64,000 nucleotides of DNA, from NCBI GenBank assembly GCA_965200155.1, contig CBDATR010000024.1:1-64000 (forward strand), written 5' to 3'. The notes below the pieces were generated by a model. It did no database searches and was not told where the DNA came from. It saw nothing but the letters and a program-made list of their open reading frames with translations. This document shows positions 1 through 10,800 of the stretch, piece after piece. Position 1 is the first letter of the stretch. Each line of letters begins with the position of its first letter. Both the position numbers and the translations under genes were made by a program. This DNA is from Nitrosopumilaceae archaeon. Its GTDB lineage: Archaea; Thermoproteota; Nitrososphaeria; Nitrososphaerales; Nitrosopumilaceae.

Positions 1-706
1 TCATACATCCGATTATGTCTATAATAGAGCGGTGTCCGAGATCAGTCTTGGTGGCTACTACATACCCGGAACCACTCTTGAATTGAGGCATGATTCGGCC
101 AAGGTCAAGAATAAGAACGAGTCCGCCAAGTCACCATATGGTCTGTGATTCATTGTGCGTGAATCAGCTACCACGTTCTAAAACGGTTATCAAGGGACGG
201 TTTACCCGTCCAACAAGAATGGTTTGTTCCTGGAATTGTCAAAGTGGCGCCGTGATCTGGAGTGGGTGCGCGAGTTACCGGCTAACTATGGCCGGGGTGC
301 CATACTACAGGCCTCTGTAGCGTGCAGGCGGGCGTACGAGGACTTGATGCCGGCTACCAACCTTTACAGAAACTAGTACCAGATGAATCTTGTTCATCAT
401 TATGCAATTCTTGTGTTTTGCTAGATGACACGACCTGAGTCATGGCTCGTTGCTACTTGATTAATTCCGGGATCATATAAGCACATCAAGAGCAGTGCGC
501 TCTAGTCTGTAGTCGAACTTATCACAGATATAGCAGATACCATAAGTCTCTGGGCAACATATCCCCCATTTATCACACAGAATTCCGGTCCTGGATGTCA
601 CAGACTTGTGGAGAATGCAGTACTTGAGCGCCCTCCTCCCCAAATGAGATCCTGGATAACCTAAGCGGTTACCCCATAATAAAAAACAAGGTTTTTTAAG
701 GAAAAA

Positions 707-889
707 ATGACGAGACATGATGTGAGTAGCAAGAACAAGGGTGCACCGCTTCCAGCCTCTAGCGGAGGCCTGATGAGGTTCTTTGAGGATGAGACTAAAG
801 GTTTCAAAATTGACCCTCGTATAGTTGTGATCATCCCTGCCGGTCTGATCATAATTTCATGGATGCTGGACATTATGCTTGCTCCCTGA
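707..889 (+). CDS. secG: Preprotein translocase subunit Sec61beta (SecG-like)
   Basis: PASSGGLMRFFEDET..KIDP motif followed by one C-terminal TM helix; true start may be GTG at 722. Confidence 0.9.
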   Translation: MTRHDVSSKNKGAPLPASSGGLMRFFEDETKGFKIDPRIVVIIPAGLIIISWMLDIMLAP

Positions 890-895
890 TCTAAC

Positions 896-2617
896 ATGGA
901 AGAATCAACAGATGATGTGTCTAGGCTACAGGGCCGTTATGTCCTGACACTTCTAAGTCCATCTTCCAAGTACTTTTCACTATGCCTTTCACTGGGCATG
1001 GCCGCATTGGTGTCAATGGTAGTGATTACAGGGTATCTAGACTCGACAGAATATTGGCGCATAGGTGTAACGGTAGCAGTCCTAGCAGCTACTCAGTGGG
1101 TCGATACAAGATACATACGAAACAAGGAGTACTCAAAGTCCCTGCATTCCTCTGCCTTTGGCTGTTCTGTATGGATGATATCGCTAATGATGGGACTGAC
1201 TATTGCGACTATTCTGTCACAAGAACCTGTCTTTTTCTTTGTCTCCCTGGGAATGTTTCTGCTGGCAAGCTTTCGTATTAGTATATACACTACAGTATTA
1301 GGCTGCAGCATAGGTCGAGCTTGGACCATCTGTTTTATCCAGCCAGCAGCCATGTTTGTAGTGATGGTGCCCATGGCACAGTGGGAGATGTTGTTGGATC
1401 CCATAACCCTGATGTATGGCATAGTGTATCTGGGGTGCGCTACTGCATGGTCAGTGTTGACTGATCGCTCAGGCAGGCCAGAAGTAAAAAGCGCGCATGC
1501 CATGGTGCAGGCATACATAGCATCACAGGGAGGCAGGCAGCAGGAGATAGAGGAGATCATGGAGCAGAGCTCCAAGGAATCCATAGTACAAACCACCATC
1601 TTGTGGTTTGGTGATAAAAGATTTGGATTGGTTCTGCCCGGCGTGCACCCTGGCCCATATCACCCGGTAGGTGGAAGCAACATACCATACATGATACACC
1701 AGATGATGGATTCCAGAGTCATGGTCATGCACGACATATCAGATCACGCATTGAACATACCCTCACAGTCACAGGTACAGCAGTATCTAAAGAGTCTAGA
1801 GCGCACTACCGCAAAGACCAGTGGCAAAACCTGTACGCGACCGGTAGTGTATATAGAAGGCCATGCAAGAGTCACAGGCATTGCATTAGGTAAAAGCATC
1901 ATTCTATTCATGTCACTCTCACCTCACGGCATGGAAGACTTGCCGGGTAGTATAAAATCCAGTACTGTTGAATATGCGCAAAAAAGTGGTTTTGGCGAGG
2001 TGCTTTTGGTGGACTGCCACAATGCCATGGGACCGGAGATATCCAGGGATAACCATACTCGCATGCTACAGGCAGCAAAATTATGCATAGAGGATCTTGC
2101 TTCACAGAAGCAGTACCCCATGGAAGCCGGATATTCAGGCATGAGTGTAAAGTGCGAAGATGTAGCCCAGGGAGGTTTGGGACTGGCATGTATCAAGATG
2201 GGCCATTCCAGATACTACATTGGATGGGCAGACGCCAATAACATGGAAAATGGGGTTCGAGAGGCGGTGGTTACTGAGTTTGCAAAGACAGGTCGCACAT
2301 TGTTAGAGATATGTACTTCAGATACACACTACAATCCAGTCAAGCCCAAAAACCGTAACGGATACTACCAGTTTGGACTCATGTCTAAGAAGGACAAGAT
2401 ATGCAAATGGTATCTGGACATGGCCGAGGAAGCAGATTCTACCACATCGCCATGTTCCTACGAGGTATTCCACAGTAATACTAACATGCGGCTCATGGGC
2501 TCACGAATATTCGAGACATACTCACGAGCCATGGATCGCTCCATGAATCTAGTCAAGATATTCATGACCGGATGTGCTGCCCTGTTCCTCTCTACCCCGC
2601 TGCTATTACTCTCATGA
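896..2617 (+). CDS. DUF2070 family membrane protein
   Basis: N-terminal TM helices, HPGPYHPVGGSNIP, DCHNA, DANNM and TSDTH motifs typical of archaeal DUF2070. Confidence 0.8.
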   Translation: MEESTDDVSRLQGRYVLTLLSPSSKYFSLCLSLGMAALVSMVVITGYLDSTEYWRIGVTVAVLAATQWVDTRYIRNKEYSKSLHSSAFGCSVWMISLMMGLTIATILSQEPVFFFVSLGMFLLASFRISIYTTVLGCSIGRAWTICFIQPAAMFVVMVPMAQWEMLLDPITLMYGIVYLGCATAWSVLTDRSGRPEVKSAHAMVQAYIASQGGRQQEIEEIMEQSSKESIVQTTILWFGDKRFGLVLPGVHPGPYHPVGGSNIPYMIHQMMDSRVMVMHDISDHALNIPSQSQVQQYLKSLERTTAKTSGKTCTRPVVYIEGHARVTGIALGKSIILFMSLSPHGMEDLPGSIKSSTVEYAQKSGFGEVLLVDCHNAMGPEISRDNHTRMLQAAKLCIEDLASQKQYPMEAGYSGMSVKCEDVAQGGLGLACIKMGHSRYYIGWADANNMENGVREAVVTEFAKTGRTLLEICTSDTHYNPVKPKNRNGYYQFGLMSKKDKICKWYLDMAEEADSTTSPCSYEVFHSNTNMRLMGSRIFETYSRAMDRSMNLVKIFMTGCAALFLSTPLLLLS

Positions 2618-3242
2618 CATCCAAATTGCCAAAAAAACAGTCCATAAAAGAGTTCAAGGTGTGCACCGGGATCACCGGAGTCCCCTGGACATAGTACTGG
2701 TCCTCACACAGAGTAACTATTGCAGGTACCGTGTCGATGTGATGTGTAATGGCATAACGATGGGCGCGTGCCACCTGTTTTGACACTGCCCTAGATATGG
2801 ATGAGTGTGAAGTTCTGCCCCAGTGTTTGCAGTCTATGGCAATGGCCGTATTCAGGCGAACGCCTACCACATCCAGTTCCATGCGGGGTTGTACCATTAT
2901 GTAATTGAGAGTTACTTCAAATGAATGAGACTGCAGTATACGCCCCGTCAGTCCTTCAAAGTCCCTCCAGTGAAGATATGGGGTCACCTGCTGGGTATTA
3001 TGACCCAAACGTAACAATTCCATGGCCGCATCTAGTCTTTGTCCGGCAGCATATTGGTATGAATCGCCTGTTCGCTTGCCTATACCCCTAGCATGCCACC
3101 ATTCTAGTATTTCCTCCGCAGCTACCTTGCTACAGTTTATGTGGACTGCTAGCTCTGGTGGACTTGTAGTGCCAAGCCCCAAACGAGACAAGCTAGCAAA
3201 CAGGTATCGTTCCACAGCACATGCATGTACAGTGAGCCGCAT
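2592..3242 (-). CDS. PD-(D/E)xK restriction-endonuclease-like (Mrr/NERD-like) protein
   Basis: WRDFE...ELDVVG...IAIDCKHW motif. Confidence 0.7.
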   Translation of the reverse strand: MRLTVHACAVERYLFASLSRLGLGTTSPPELAVHINCSKVAAEEILEWWHARGIGKRTGDSYQYAAGQRLDAAMELLRLGHNTQQVTPYLHWRDFEGLTGRILQSHSFEVTLNYIMVQPRMELDVVGVRLNTAIAIDCKHWGRTSHSSISRAVSKQVARAHRYAITHHIDTVPAIVTLCEDQYYVQGTPVIPVHTLNSFMDCFFGNLDVMRVIAAG

Positions 3243-3302
3243 AACTCTTTGTGTATTATTCCGGAATTAAACACAAGCAGATACCCGGCTTGATGATTGG
3301 CC

Positions 3303-4250
3303 TGGACCCCATAGAATTGAGAATAGATCTCAATGCACACCTTTTAGATTCAAGAGAGCATGGTTGACAAAAAGCACCAATGGAGTCGGGAAGAGAAGGT
3401 CTGGATTATTTTAGAGACGTTAGACTCGGCAGCAGTCACCGCAGAGATCTGCAGGCGGCATAACATATCACCGCGCACACACGTGGAGGGAGAGATTCCT
3501 AAAGGCCGGTTCTGAGGGATTGGACAGGAATGCAAGAACCCAAAACTCCGAGATGAAAAAGATGTTACAAGAGAACGATAATCTAAGTAGGTGAGCTAAC
3601 GCTTGCCAACAACACATTTAAAAAAACAATGGTGGAGAGGGACCAAACTGAAGGTCCTCAAGGAGATCAATGACACTACCGGGGTAGTTCGTGCACTGGA
3701 GCTCTGCGGGGTGTCCAGAAACAAGATGTACTACAAAAAGAAGCCAGAAAGGAAAGAGCGCAGACAGATAAAGAATGACAACACCACATGAACCCAGATA
3801 CTCAGTATAGCCCATAATCGCCCCTCCTATGGAACGCGCATGATGGTCGCCTAGCTTACACGGGACAATAACACACCCATAAACCGCAAGAGAATCCAGG
3901 TATGAGTTCATGTCTTCAGGAATCTTATGCACAAATGACATTAACTGTCGCGATCAGTTATGCGTAAATTTAGACGCAGGTGAACTCATACGAATCCAGA
4001 GACTATACCGTATCAAGGGCTGGATCACGCAAAAAAAAAGACCAAATCGCAGATAATACAATCCAACAAGAGTCTCCCAAAGCCGACCGGCCCCGGCCAG
4101 TTCTGGGAGGCGGACATGTCAATGGTGCGGCCAGTCTGGCGGGTGTTACTGCTTCAACGTACTGGATGTCTACACAATGGAATGGCTATCATACCACTTT
4201 GAGAGAACGGCCATGACTGATCACGCCATCACGGCACTAACTGACACAAT
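3303..4250 (+). pseudogene. IS3-family transposase remnant (OrfA HTH plus integrase core), frameshifted, interrupted by a MITE and truncated by an IS5-type element
   Basis: MVDKKHQWSREEKVWIILE..AEICRRHNIS from 3360; downstream PSYGTRMM, FWEADM..CFNVLDVYT.EW; multiple stops and frameshifts. Confidence 0.7.
3900..3991 (+). mobile_element. 92-bp MITE copy
   Basis: TIR GTATGAGTTCA..TGAACTCATAC; TSD GAATCCAG. Confidence 0.95.
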
Positions 4251-4447
4251 AGACCTTATGCGCATGATTGACAGTAACATCCCATATTGCTTCAAACTGG
4301 GGTGTATTTTATGGCACACAATCAGTCAAGCATGAACAAACCAATGTTAATGGCATCTGCCAGCACTAACGTATGCCGTGATTGCAAATGTCATGTAGTG
4401 GGGTGACCGGATCTTGATGACGTATATCATGAGTGAGCTAAACGGTT

Positions 4448-4582
4448 GTATGAGTTCACGTCTTCCGGAATCTTATGCACAAATCACATTGTATGAGTTC
4501 ACGTCTTCCGGAATCTTATGCACAAATCACATTAACTGTCGCGATCAGTTATGCGCAAATTTAGACACAGGTGAACTCATAC
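4448..4582 (+). mobile_element. MITE with tandem-duplicated 43-bp left end (4448-4490 partial plus 4491-4582 full)
   Basis: TSD AAACGGTT outside the whole unit; empty site seen in the paralogue near 55425-55450. Confidence 0.9.
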
Positions 4583-4720
4583 AAACGGTTACCACAAAAC
4601 CCATTAATTTAGTGGATTTTCTGATGAGTAATATTCGAATTATAATATCACGGAAATTATGGACAGATATTTTTCAAGAATTTCTTGTATCTGGTATGCT
4701 TGTGCATAATGTGTAAATTA

Positions 4721-6433
4721 GTATGAGTTCACGTGTTTTGATCACATAATAAGATAGAATGCATCCCAGTTTTTTTAATTATAACTGCATTCTGACAGCA
4801 ACCTCGTTCATAACAGAAAGGCCCTGAGCCCTCCATGTCTGAACACATGATACGAATGTGGACATGCGGCGCATTGCCCTTTCGCCACCCTTTATCTGGC
4901 CACTAATCTTGCGGAATACCACTGCGTATCGCAAAGCCTGCTCCGCTGGATTGTTGGTGGGCTCTACACAGTCATATTCTAAGAATACGAACATGCATGG
5001 TATGGCCTTATTCAATCCTTTTACCTTCTTTTGTAGTTCAGTATCATCAACATCACAGTACTGATGCAGAATGGATTCTGCTCCTGTCTCAAATGAGTGT
5101 CGTAATTGCGCGGACGGCCCGCAGTGATTCAGGGATTCCCGTGCGCTCCGGAACAATCCTTTCAGGTCGTTGTCAAGTTTGATCCGGGCGTCCTGAGCAC
5201 CGGGATCAATATAGAATCCTGCATGTAATGCCTGGGTATCGCGCAATAAATGCGCCCAACACAACTGGTGCTTCCCACCGTCATCAAACCGGCGGTACAC
5301 AACGTACCTGTCTGTGACTATCGCCCCCTGGTAACCGTTCAGGTATTTGTTCACTACATTTGAACTCCTACTTTTGTCATATATGGACATCATCCACTCT
5401 TCGGCTCGCATCCCCCATACCCAGCCACGCCTACCCGCCAGTGATATACCAGTTTCGTCCACATGAATGCTGGGTGATTTTATTATATTCTCATGAATTG
5501 TTTCCATAAATGATTCACATGCATCGGCGGCCCTGGCAATTATGTTGTTTACTGCACCCACCGATATATTTAGGCCGAAGAGATCCCTCGAAATTACAGG
5601 TATGCGTTTTATTGGAATCTTTTCTGCGCGTAATGCGGTGATGGCACCACATAATTGAACCCCAAAACTACCACTCTTTGGGACGCCCGCTGCTGGGGCC
5701 AGTTGTTTTTTGCCGCACCCACACGCAGCCATTTCTATCACATGAAGGGTCTCCTCTATTTTGGCTGGTATTAATTCCGTTATGTGTCGTTGTTTCCAAC
5801 CAATTTTTGTCATTATATTGCCGCACTCACATATTGGTGTGTACTCAAAGGTGTGATGCACTACTCTGCCGGGGTTGTGGGAACGGGAAACCCCCTTGTG
5901 TCCCTTTTGAGCGCCAGCCTTTTTGGCTGATTTCGTACTGGCTTCTTTCTGTTGCTTATTATCTCCCTGTTTTCGCTTCTGCTCCTCCTGTTTTCGCTTC
6001 TTGTACTGGAGGGATTGAAAGGATGGTGGCGAGTGAGCATTCTCATAATATTTAAGTCGCGTTGTGAGTACCGCAATTTTCCTGTCTTTTTCTTCTAATT
6101 TCTCATTCAATTCACTTACATAATTCCTAATAATTTGGAAATCTTGTGTGAGATTTCGTATTTCTTTTGTGGTGTGTGACGTATGTGCTTCCAATACTCT
6201 CACACGTTCCTTGTAATGTGCAAGATCTTTCTCGGTAGACGCAAGGGTATCCTGAAGAAGTTTATTTTCCAGTTCCAATTCCTTATAGGACCGGCGTCTT
6301 CTCATTAGATTCTTATTGCAAATTTGGTATTTAAGTAAAATATTACCATACCAATCTATATCTTAGTGAATGATCAAAACACGTGAACTCATACCTATAT
6401 CTTAGTGAATGATCAAAACACGTGAACTCATAC
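4721..6433 (-). mobile_element. Intact single-ORF IS66-family element (ISBst12-like), probable autonomous partner of the MITE
   Basis: TIR GTATGAGTTCACGTGTTTTGATCA at both ends, 8-bp TSD GTAAATTA, 39-bp tandem duplication of the left end (6395-6433). Confidence 0.92.
4779..6305 (-). CDS. IS66 family DDE transposase (TnpC-like)
   Basis: Coiled coil, SPPS, GAQKGHKG, CxCG..CxCG zinc finger, IHVDETG, TDRYVVY, QLCWAHLLRD, PTNNPAEQALR. Confidence 0.92.
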   Translation of the reverse strand: MRRRRSYKELELENKLLQDTLASTEKDLAHYKERVRVLEAHTSHTTKEIRNLTQDFQIIRNYVSELNEKLEEKDRKIAVLTTRLKYYENAHSPPSFQSLQYKKRKQEEQKRKQGDNKQQKEASTKSAKKAGAQKGHKGVSRSHNPGRVVHHTFEYTPICECGNIMTKIGWKQRHITELIPAKIEETLHVIEMAACGCGKKQLAPAAGVPKSGSFGVQLCGAITALRAEKIPIKRIPVISRDLFGLNISVGAVNNIIARAADACESFMETIHENIIKSPSIHVDETGISLAGRRGWVWGMRAEEWMMSIYDKSRSSNVVNKYLNGYQGAIVTDRYVVYRRFDDGGKHQLCWAHLLRDTQALHAGFYIDPGAQDARIKLDNDLKGLFRSARESLNHCGPSAQLRHSFETGAESILHQYCDVDDTELQKKVKGLNKAIPCMFVFLEYDCVEPTNNPAEQALRYAVVFRKISGQIKGGERAMRRMSTFVSCVQTWRAQGLSVMNEVAVRMQL

Positions 6434-7383
6434 GTAAATTATGCAACCCGGATACTACGAGTAGATCTTCCCTGAATTCCTCACGACTGCCATCATATAC
6501 CTGACTTAATCTACGATATACCTTTAGCATTCGAATTACATGCTCGATTAATGTGCGCCTTTTTGATACATATTGGTTGTATTTCCTTTCAGTGTTAGTG
6601 AGTGATTCCCTACCCCTGTATGGAATTATGACCTTTGCGCCGGGTAGAAAGTCTTTCATTCCCTGGTATCCTGCATCTGCTATTACTGTTATTTTATCGG
6701 ATGGTGGCGTGGTTGATTCTTTTAGGGACTTGCCCCATTTGCCGCCAAGGGGAATATCATTCTTGAATATGCCATAATCGTGTCTTTTTCCCTCATATAC
6801 TCCACTGACGTGAATTATCAGTCTTGTTTGATGTTATCTGTACGTTATACGTGTGGGTTTTTTGTTTACCAGAGTACATTGCCTCCTGATTTTTTTCAGG
6901 ACGTTGTACGCGTACATGTGTCCCGTCAGTCTTTATCTCCCCTCCGGCTCGGCCTGGAACAATTTCCTTAAAGTCCGATGCTGACTTGATTTGTGATATT
7001 GCTTTTGCAACGGTATCGGCCGTTGGGAGTATCTTGATCAGTCCCTGCTTTGTAAACTGGATGTAACGGCATATGTTTGACTGGTTTATCTTGAGTATTG
7101 CAGCAAGAAGCTCCTGCTTTGTGTTGCAGCGCAGGCGTATCAGTGTAACTAAGAGTACATGCCTGACCGGAAATTTGTTCACATGGCCGCGATCATTTGT
7201 AAGTTCTAAGAATCGCCGTGCATCATCGCCTTCCAGGGACTCTACGTATTCTGTGAATCTGATTAGTATCCATTTGAACTCTTCCGGGGTGCATCCGGTC
7301 AGGGAATGAAGCTGATCCTTGCGTTCTATGATGTCATCAAGATTTGGAACGAGGGCATTCTTTGTGAGCTTCAAGTTTGCCAC
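6434..7383 (-). pseudogene. IS5/ISL2-type transposase, frameshifted near 6823 and interrupted by IS66
   Basis: SLTG, HTH region, TDGT...YSGK, ADAGYQG, RTLIEHVI; lacks 5 bp present in the paralogue at about 55950. Confidence 0.8.
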
Positions 7384-7612
7384 GCAGGTTTGTTACTTCG
7401 GCCTCGGTGCGTAGCCGGTATTACTCTGTGACTAACTTCTCCTTGGTGAGTTCTTCTGCTTTTAGCATACCTGGTACTACAAAATTAGGTCTTAACTTTT
7501 CTGTTTCACACGAGTCTGTGTGGGAAAACCCATGATACTAGGTCAATTGTTCGTATCTAACAACTTGGTTTAGAGGTGCAGGGTGGGAGAAGTGATTCTG
7601 CGCATACGGTCT

Positions 7613-8492
7613 AATGGTACGGGAATCTCATGGAACTGCTTGGGTAACAATTCAGAACCACTGGGTATGTCCTTGGTGTATGTAAAAGGCCCGGTTTTGT
7701 AACAATGTCTCTTTGGATATTGTAACTTTTTTGGTGGCCAATTTCGAGTTTTTCCGATCATACGTACTCCTGATACTAATCCTTCGTATGAGTTCACCTG
7801 TGTCTAAATTTACGCACAACTGATCGCGACAGTTAATGTGATTTGTGCACAAGATTCCGGAAGACGTGAACTCATACAATCCTTCTTTGCTGACCGATTT
7901 TGACAGATATTTGGACATATATGCAGCCGCACCACCGTGAGTTTTCATTTCCTCGCAATGATATATGCCGAATCCATGTCTTTGCAGCAGGTTATACGTT
8001 GCTAATGCAGCAGGTGATAACGTTGATTTCCATTGACGGAGAGACATCTTATTTGCCTTCTGGCATGTAGCGAATGGGTGATCTCCAGCAATGAGCATGT
8101 GGATATGAAAGCGAGATGTACGTGAGCCATATTCGAAGACTGACCCAGGGCATGTTGGGAGCAGTAAGATAGTTTTTACGTAATTGACCGAATTGTTTGA
8201 TACCATATCGTGATATTGTTTCAGGATCTGATGATTGTATATGCTTAGGATCCAAGGTAAGGGTGACAAATGATACGGGTTGATCGATAGGGAGTAATTT
8301 TACGGTGCCTATATATGCAGAAAGGGATCTGACTCGTTTTTGTTGACATACATCACAGCGGTTATTAGATTTACAGGGCATGTGCATTTTGTAATATTTA
8401 CCATCGGATGAGTATAGTGTTCTCCATAATTTGGATTCACACATGGGAACTTGTTCTTGAATTCCAAAAATGTTTGTAATTTGACGGGTCAT
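7613..8492 (-). pseudogene. Rolling-circle replication initiator (HUH endonuclease Rep), frameshifted near 8141, MITE-interrupted, 3' truncated by the IS5 element
   Basis: PCxxxxxCxxC zinc motif, motif I FVTLTL, motif II RFHIHMLI, motif III AAAYMSKYLSK, split over three ORFs. Confidence 0.8.
7786..7877 (-). mobile_element. 92-bp MITE copy inside rep
   Basis: TSD AATCCTTC. Confidence 0.95.
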
Positions 8493-8644
8493 CCTAGTTG
8501 CTTCGCAGTAAGTTCATTGACTTGACGTTTAAGTTGATTGATCTGGATTTTGAGATGTTGGTTTGATTCATTGAAATCGCGTTCGAGTTCATCCTGGCGG
8601 ACTCCTATTCGGGCTACTACATATGCGGTGGTAACACGCGTCAT
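8489..8644 (-). CDS. Small coiled-coil protein (51 aa) translationally coupled to rep
   Basis: MTRVTTAY...LKIQINQLKRQVNELTAKQLG; ATGA stop/start overlap with rep; below the ORF-track cutoff. Confidence 0.55.
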   Translation of the reverse strand: MTRVTTAYVVARIGVRQDELERDFNESNQHLKIQINQLKRQVNELTAKQLG

Positions 8645-8762
8645 GAGCTAATTTACCTCGAAGAGATTATAAATTTAACCAAATTGTTTAGACCTTTAAT
8701 TAGTATAGAACAAGGGCTGTCATCATAGTCAAATCGTACTATAACCGGATACGTCCTGGCCA

Positions 8763-9173
8763 TTATATCCCACCTGCATATTTAGGGTGAAATGCCGGAA
8801 TTCCCACCATGGTGGCCACCTTAAGCATTCCCCGATCAAGCGTAATCAGGCCAATTCCATGTATGCGGCACGTGGCCAGAATGCGGTGATCACCATTATG
8901 TGCATAGTGATACTGGTTACGTAGCATTTGGGCGGTATCCTCAAGATCTGTGGGATCCGATATTATGCCGACGCGTCTCTCACCAAATATCTTGCGCAGG
9001 CTACCAAGAATTGTATCAACTGTCAGGTTACGTACCCGTCTGAGCTCCCATAATACTTGGCGACACAGCACTATCTTGTATTGCTTGCCCTTAAGCTTGT
9101 ATCGCAGTTTACTGACGACCAAGGCGCCCTCCATTATGCCTATTACAACGCATGTGTCAACGGCTATTTTCAT
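8763..9173 (-). CDS. PIN domain (VapC-like) ribonuclease
   Basis: IAVDTCV, VLWEL, GDHRILA, LITLD acidic PIN motifs. Confidence 0.85.
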   Translation of the reverse strand: MKIAVDTCVVIGIMEGALVVSKLRYKLKGKQYKIVLCRQVLWELRRVRNLTVDTILGSLRKIFGERRVGIISDPTDLEDTAQMLRNQYHYAHNGDHRILATCRIHGIGLITLDRGMLKVATMVGIPAFHPKYAGGI

Positions 9174-9383
9174 GATAATGGTATGCTAATATAGTTATTA
9201 TTAATTACTTACATAGTATTGTTAGTATCCATAGTATTAATAATATACTAAATAATTAAAAATCACTCAACAAGATGGCACTGCAAGACCCCACAGAGTG
9301 ATGGAGTGCGTGTACCAATAGCACCCGTTCCATATGATATCACTCATAATCATATTTGTGGGCAAATGGTAGCGATTCAGTTT

Positions 9384-9855
9384 TACAAGGCGGGGACGTG
9401 GTAATGGGGAGTATAAGTGAAAAAGAAGTGAACCCTGGTGATGCTCACAGTCCAATGCTTGCCGCGTCTATTACTGAACTCATTATGCATACCCCCCAAT
9501 ATCGGCATATTGGCTGCGTCTTATCGCCCTGGCCTCATCTTCTAAGAGCGACTCACCGTATCGTGCTAATAGCACACCACGCATGAATCGACTTAACGCG
9601 ATTTCCTTCCTTTTGGCTTCTTTCTGGTATGAGTTCACCTGTGTCTAAATTTACGCATAACTGATCGCGACAGTTAATGTGATTTGTGCATAAGATTCCG
9701 GAAGACGTGAACTCATACTCTTTCTGTGCCCATTGATGTACATCATTATCAATTGATATTTTGACTTGTACAATATTTTGCAAATGTGTTCCGATCGCAT
9801 CAATATTGAAATCATTATCGAATGATAAAATCACGACTTTCTTTTTTTTGAACAT
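9384..9855 (-). pseudogene. Ribbon-helix-helix protein disrupted by a MITE
   Basis: Removing the MITE and one TSD joins VQVKISIDNDVHQWAQKE to AKRKEIALSRFMRGVLL, an RHH pattern; 3' end approximate. Confidence 0.6.
9627..9718 (-). mobile_element. 92-bp MITE copy
   Basis: TSD TCTTTCTG. Confidence 0.95.
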
Positions 9856-10091
9856 TATGGCCCCTCTATTGTCGCTTCATATGGCAATATTTTATCATAA
9901 TTAGCCAAATATGCAATTTTATTAGCGGCGCGCGCATATACGTATTGTATACAATTATCATCGTCATCTTTTGTTGATAAATTTTCAGCATATGATCTTA
10001 TTTTATACCATTTATCGATATTTCTGATTTTAACAATATCTCTTATTTGGGGAAATTGACCCTCTGTAATAATTAATTTGAGTAATGTCAT
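9855..10091 (-). CDS. Hypothetical protein of the integrated element
   Basis: AT-rich ORF whose stop overlaps the next start (TAATG). Confidence 0.5.
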   Translation of the reverse strand: MTLLKLIITEGQFPQIRDIVKIRNIDKWYKIRSYAENLSTKDDDDNCIQYVYARAANKIAYLANYDKILPYEATIEGP

Positions 10092-10560
10092 TTCATGTCC
10101 CCCTCACTCGGCAGCCATAATCGTAAATCCTTGGCAATATCCTGCAATTTCTTGTGCATCCGGGGATGATATACCATAACTATTTGCCAGCGCCACGAGC
10201 ATGGAATGGGTATCATATGTCGTGCAGCACAGACTAACTTGTTTCATTATACTACCTACTATTGACATATTAAAGACCATATCGGTTTATTTTCTGAAAA
10301 ATTCTATATACAAACTTGGACAGCTTAACGCGAATATTACAGCTATGTGATTCAAATTGACCCTGTGGGCATGGACTTATGCACAAAATAAACTAATGTG
10401 TAACATGAACTTATGCACATAGATTTCTGAGTTGAAATTTTTTTCCAGCGCGATCCATACATACACCTAGTATATTCCCCTCTTTACTGCTTATACCAAT
10501 TTGTAATTTGTGCTTATTATTACCTAGATCCTTCCCATTGAACCAATTTTGTTATACATC

Positions 10561-10800
10561 TTAGATAAAATGGCCATTCCTTGTCATGCGTGGTCTTGAT
10601 TCCTTTTTGGGCGGTTCTTTAACCTCCTTAGTTACCTGCACTTCTATTGACTCTATAAGAAACCTGAGATATTCGCTTATGGACATGTTACATATCTGGC
10701 GCATGTCATCCAGTCGCTGTCTTTGCCACTTAGTACATCTCAGTGCAATACACTCCTTATACTCATTTGACCGCCTGAACGGTAACTTCTGCCTGCCCAT
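10561..10800 (-). CDS. Ribbon-helix-helix (CopG/MobC-like) DNA-binding protein
   Basis: IALRCTKWQRQRLDDMRQICNMSISEYLRFLIE fits the beta-alpha-alpha pattern. Confidence 0.7.
   Translation of the reverse strand: MGRQKLPFRRSNEYKECIALRCTKWQRQRLDDMRQICNMSISEYLRFLIESIEVQVTKEVKEPPKKESRPRMTRNGHFI

Larger units (their letters stand above)
4251..7612 (-). mobile_element. IS5-family (ISL2-like, DDE_Tnp_4) element with a MITE and an IS66 nested inside
   Basis: Imperfect TIRs AGACCTTATGCGCA (4251) and TGCGCATACGGTCT (ending 7612); transposase pieces 6793-7383, 6434-6820 and about 4656-4720; uninterrupted paralogue at 55248-56272. Confidence 0.8.

Noticed and set aside
4414-4716. ORFs containing YEFTSSGILCTNH, MSSRLPESYAQIT, MNSY or MSSPVSKFT (also 24143, 32634, 34863, 36341, 53025, 58081)
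   Set aside because: These are translations of the MITE, not genes.
4248-7615. AAT on both sides of the IS5 element as a true TSD
   Set aside because: The two flanks belong to unrelated genes, so the match more likely reflects target preference or chance.
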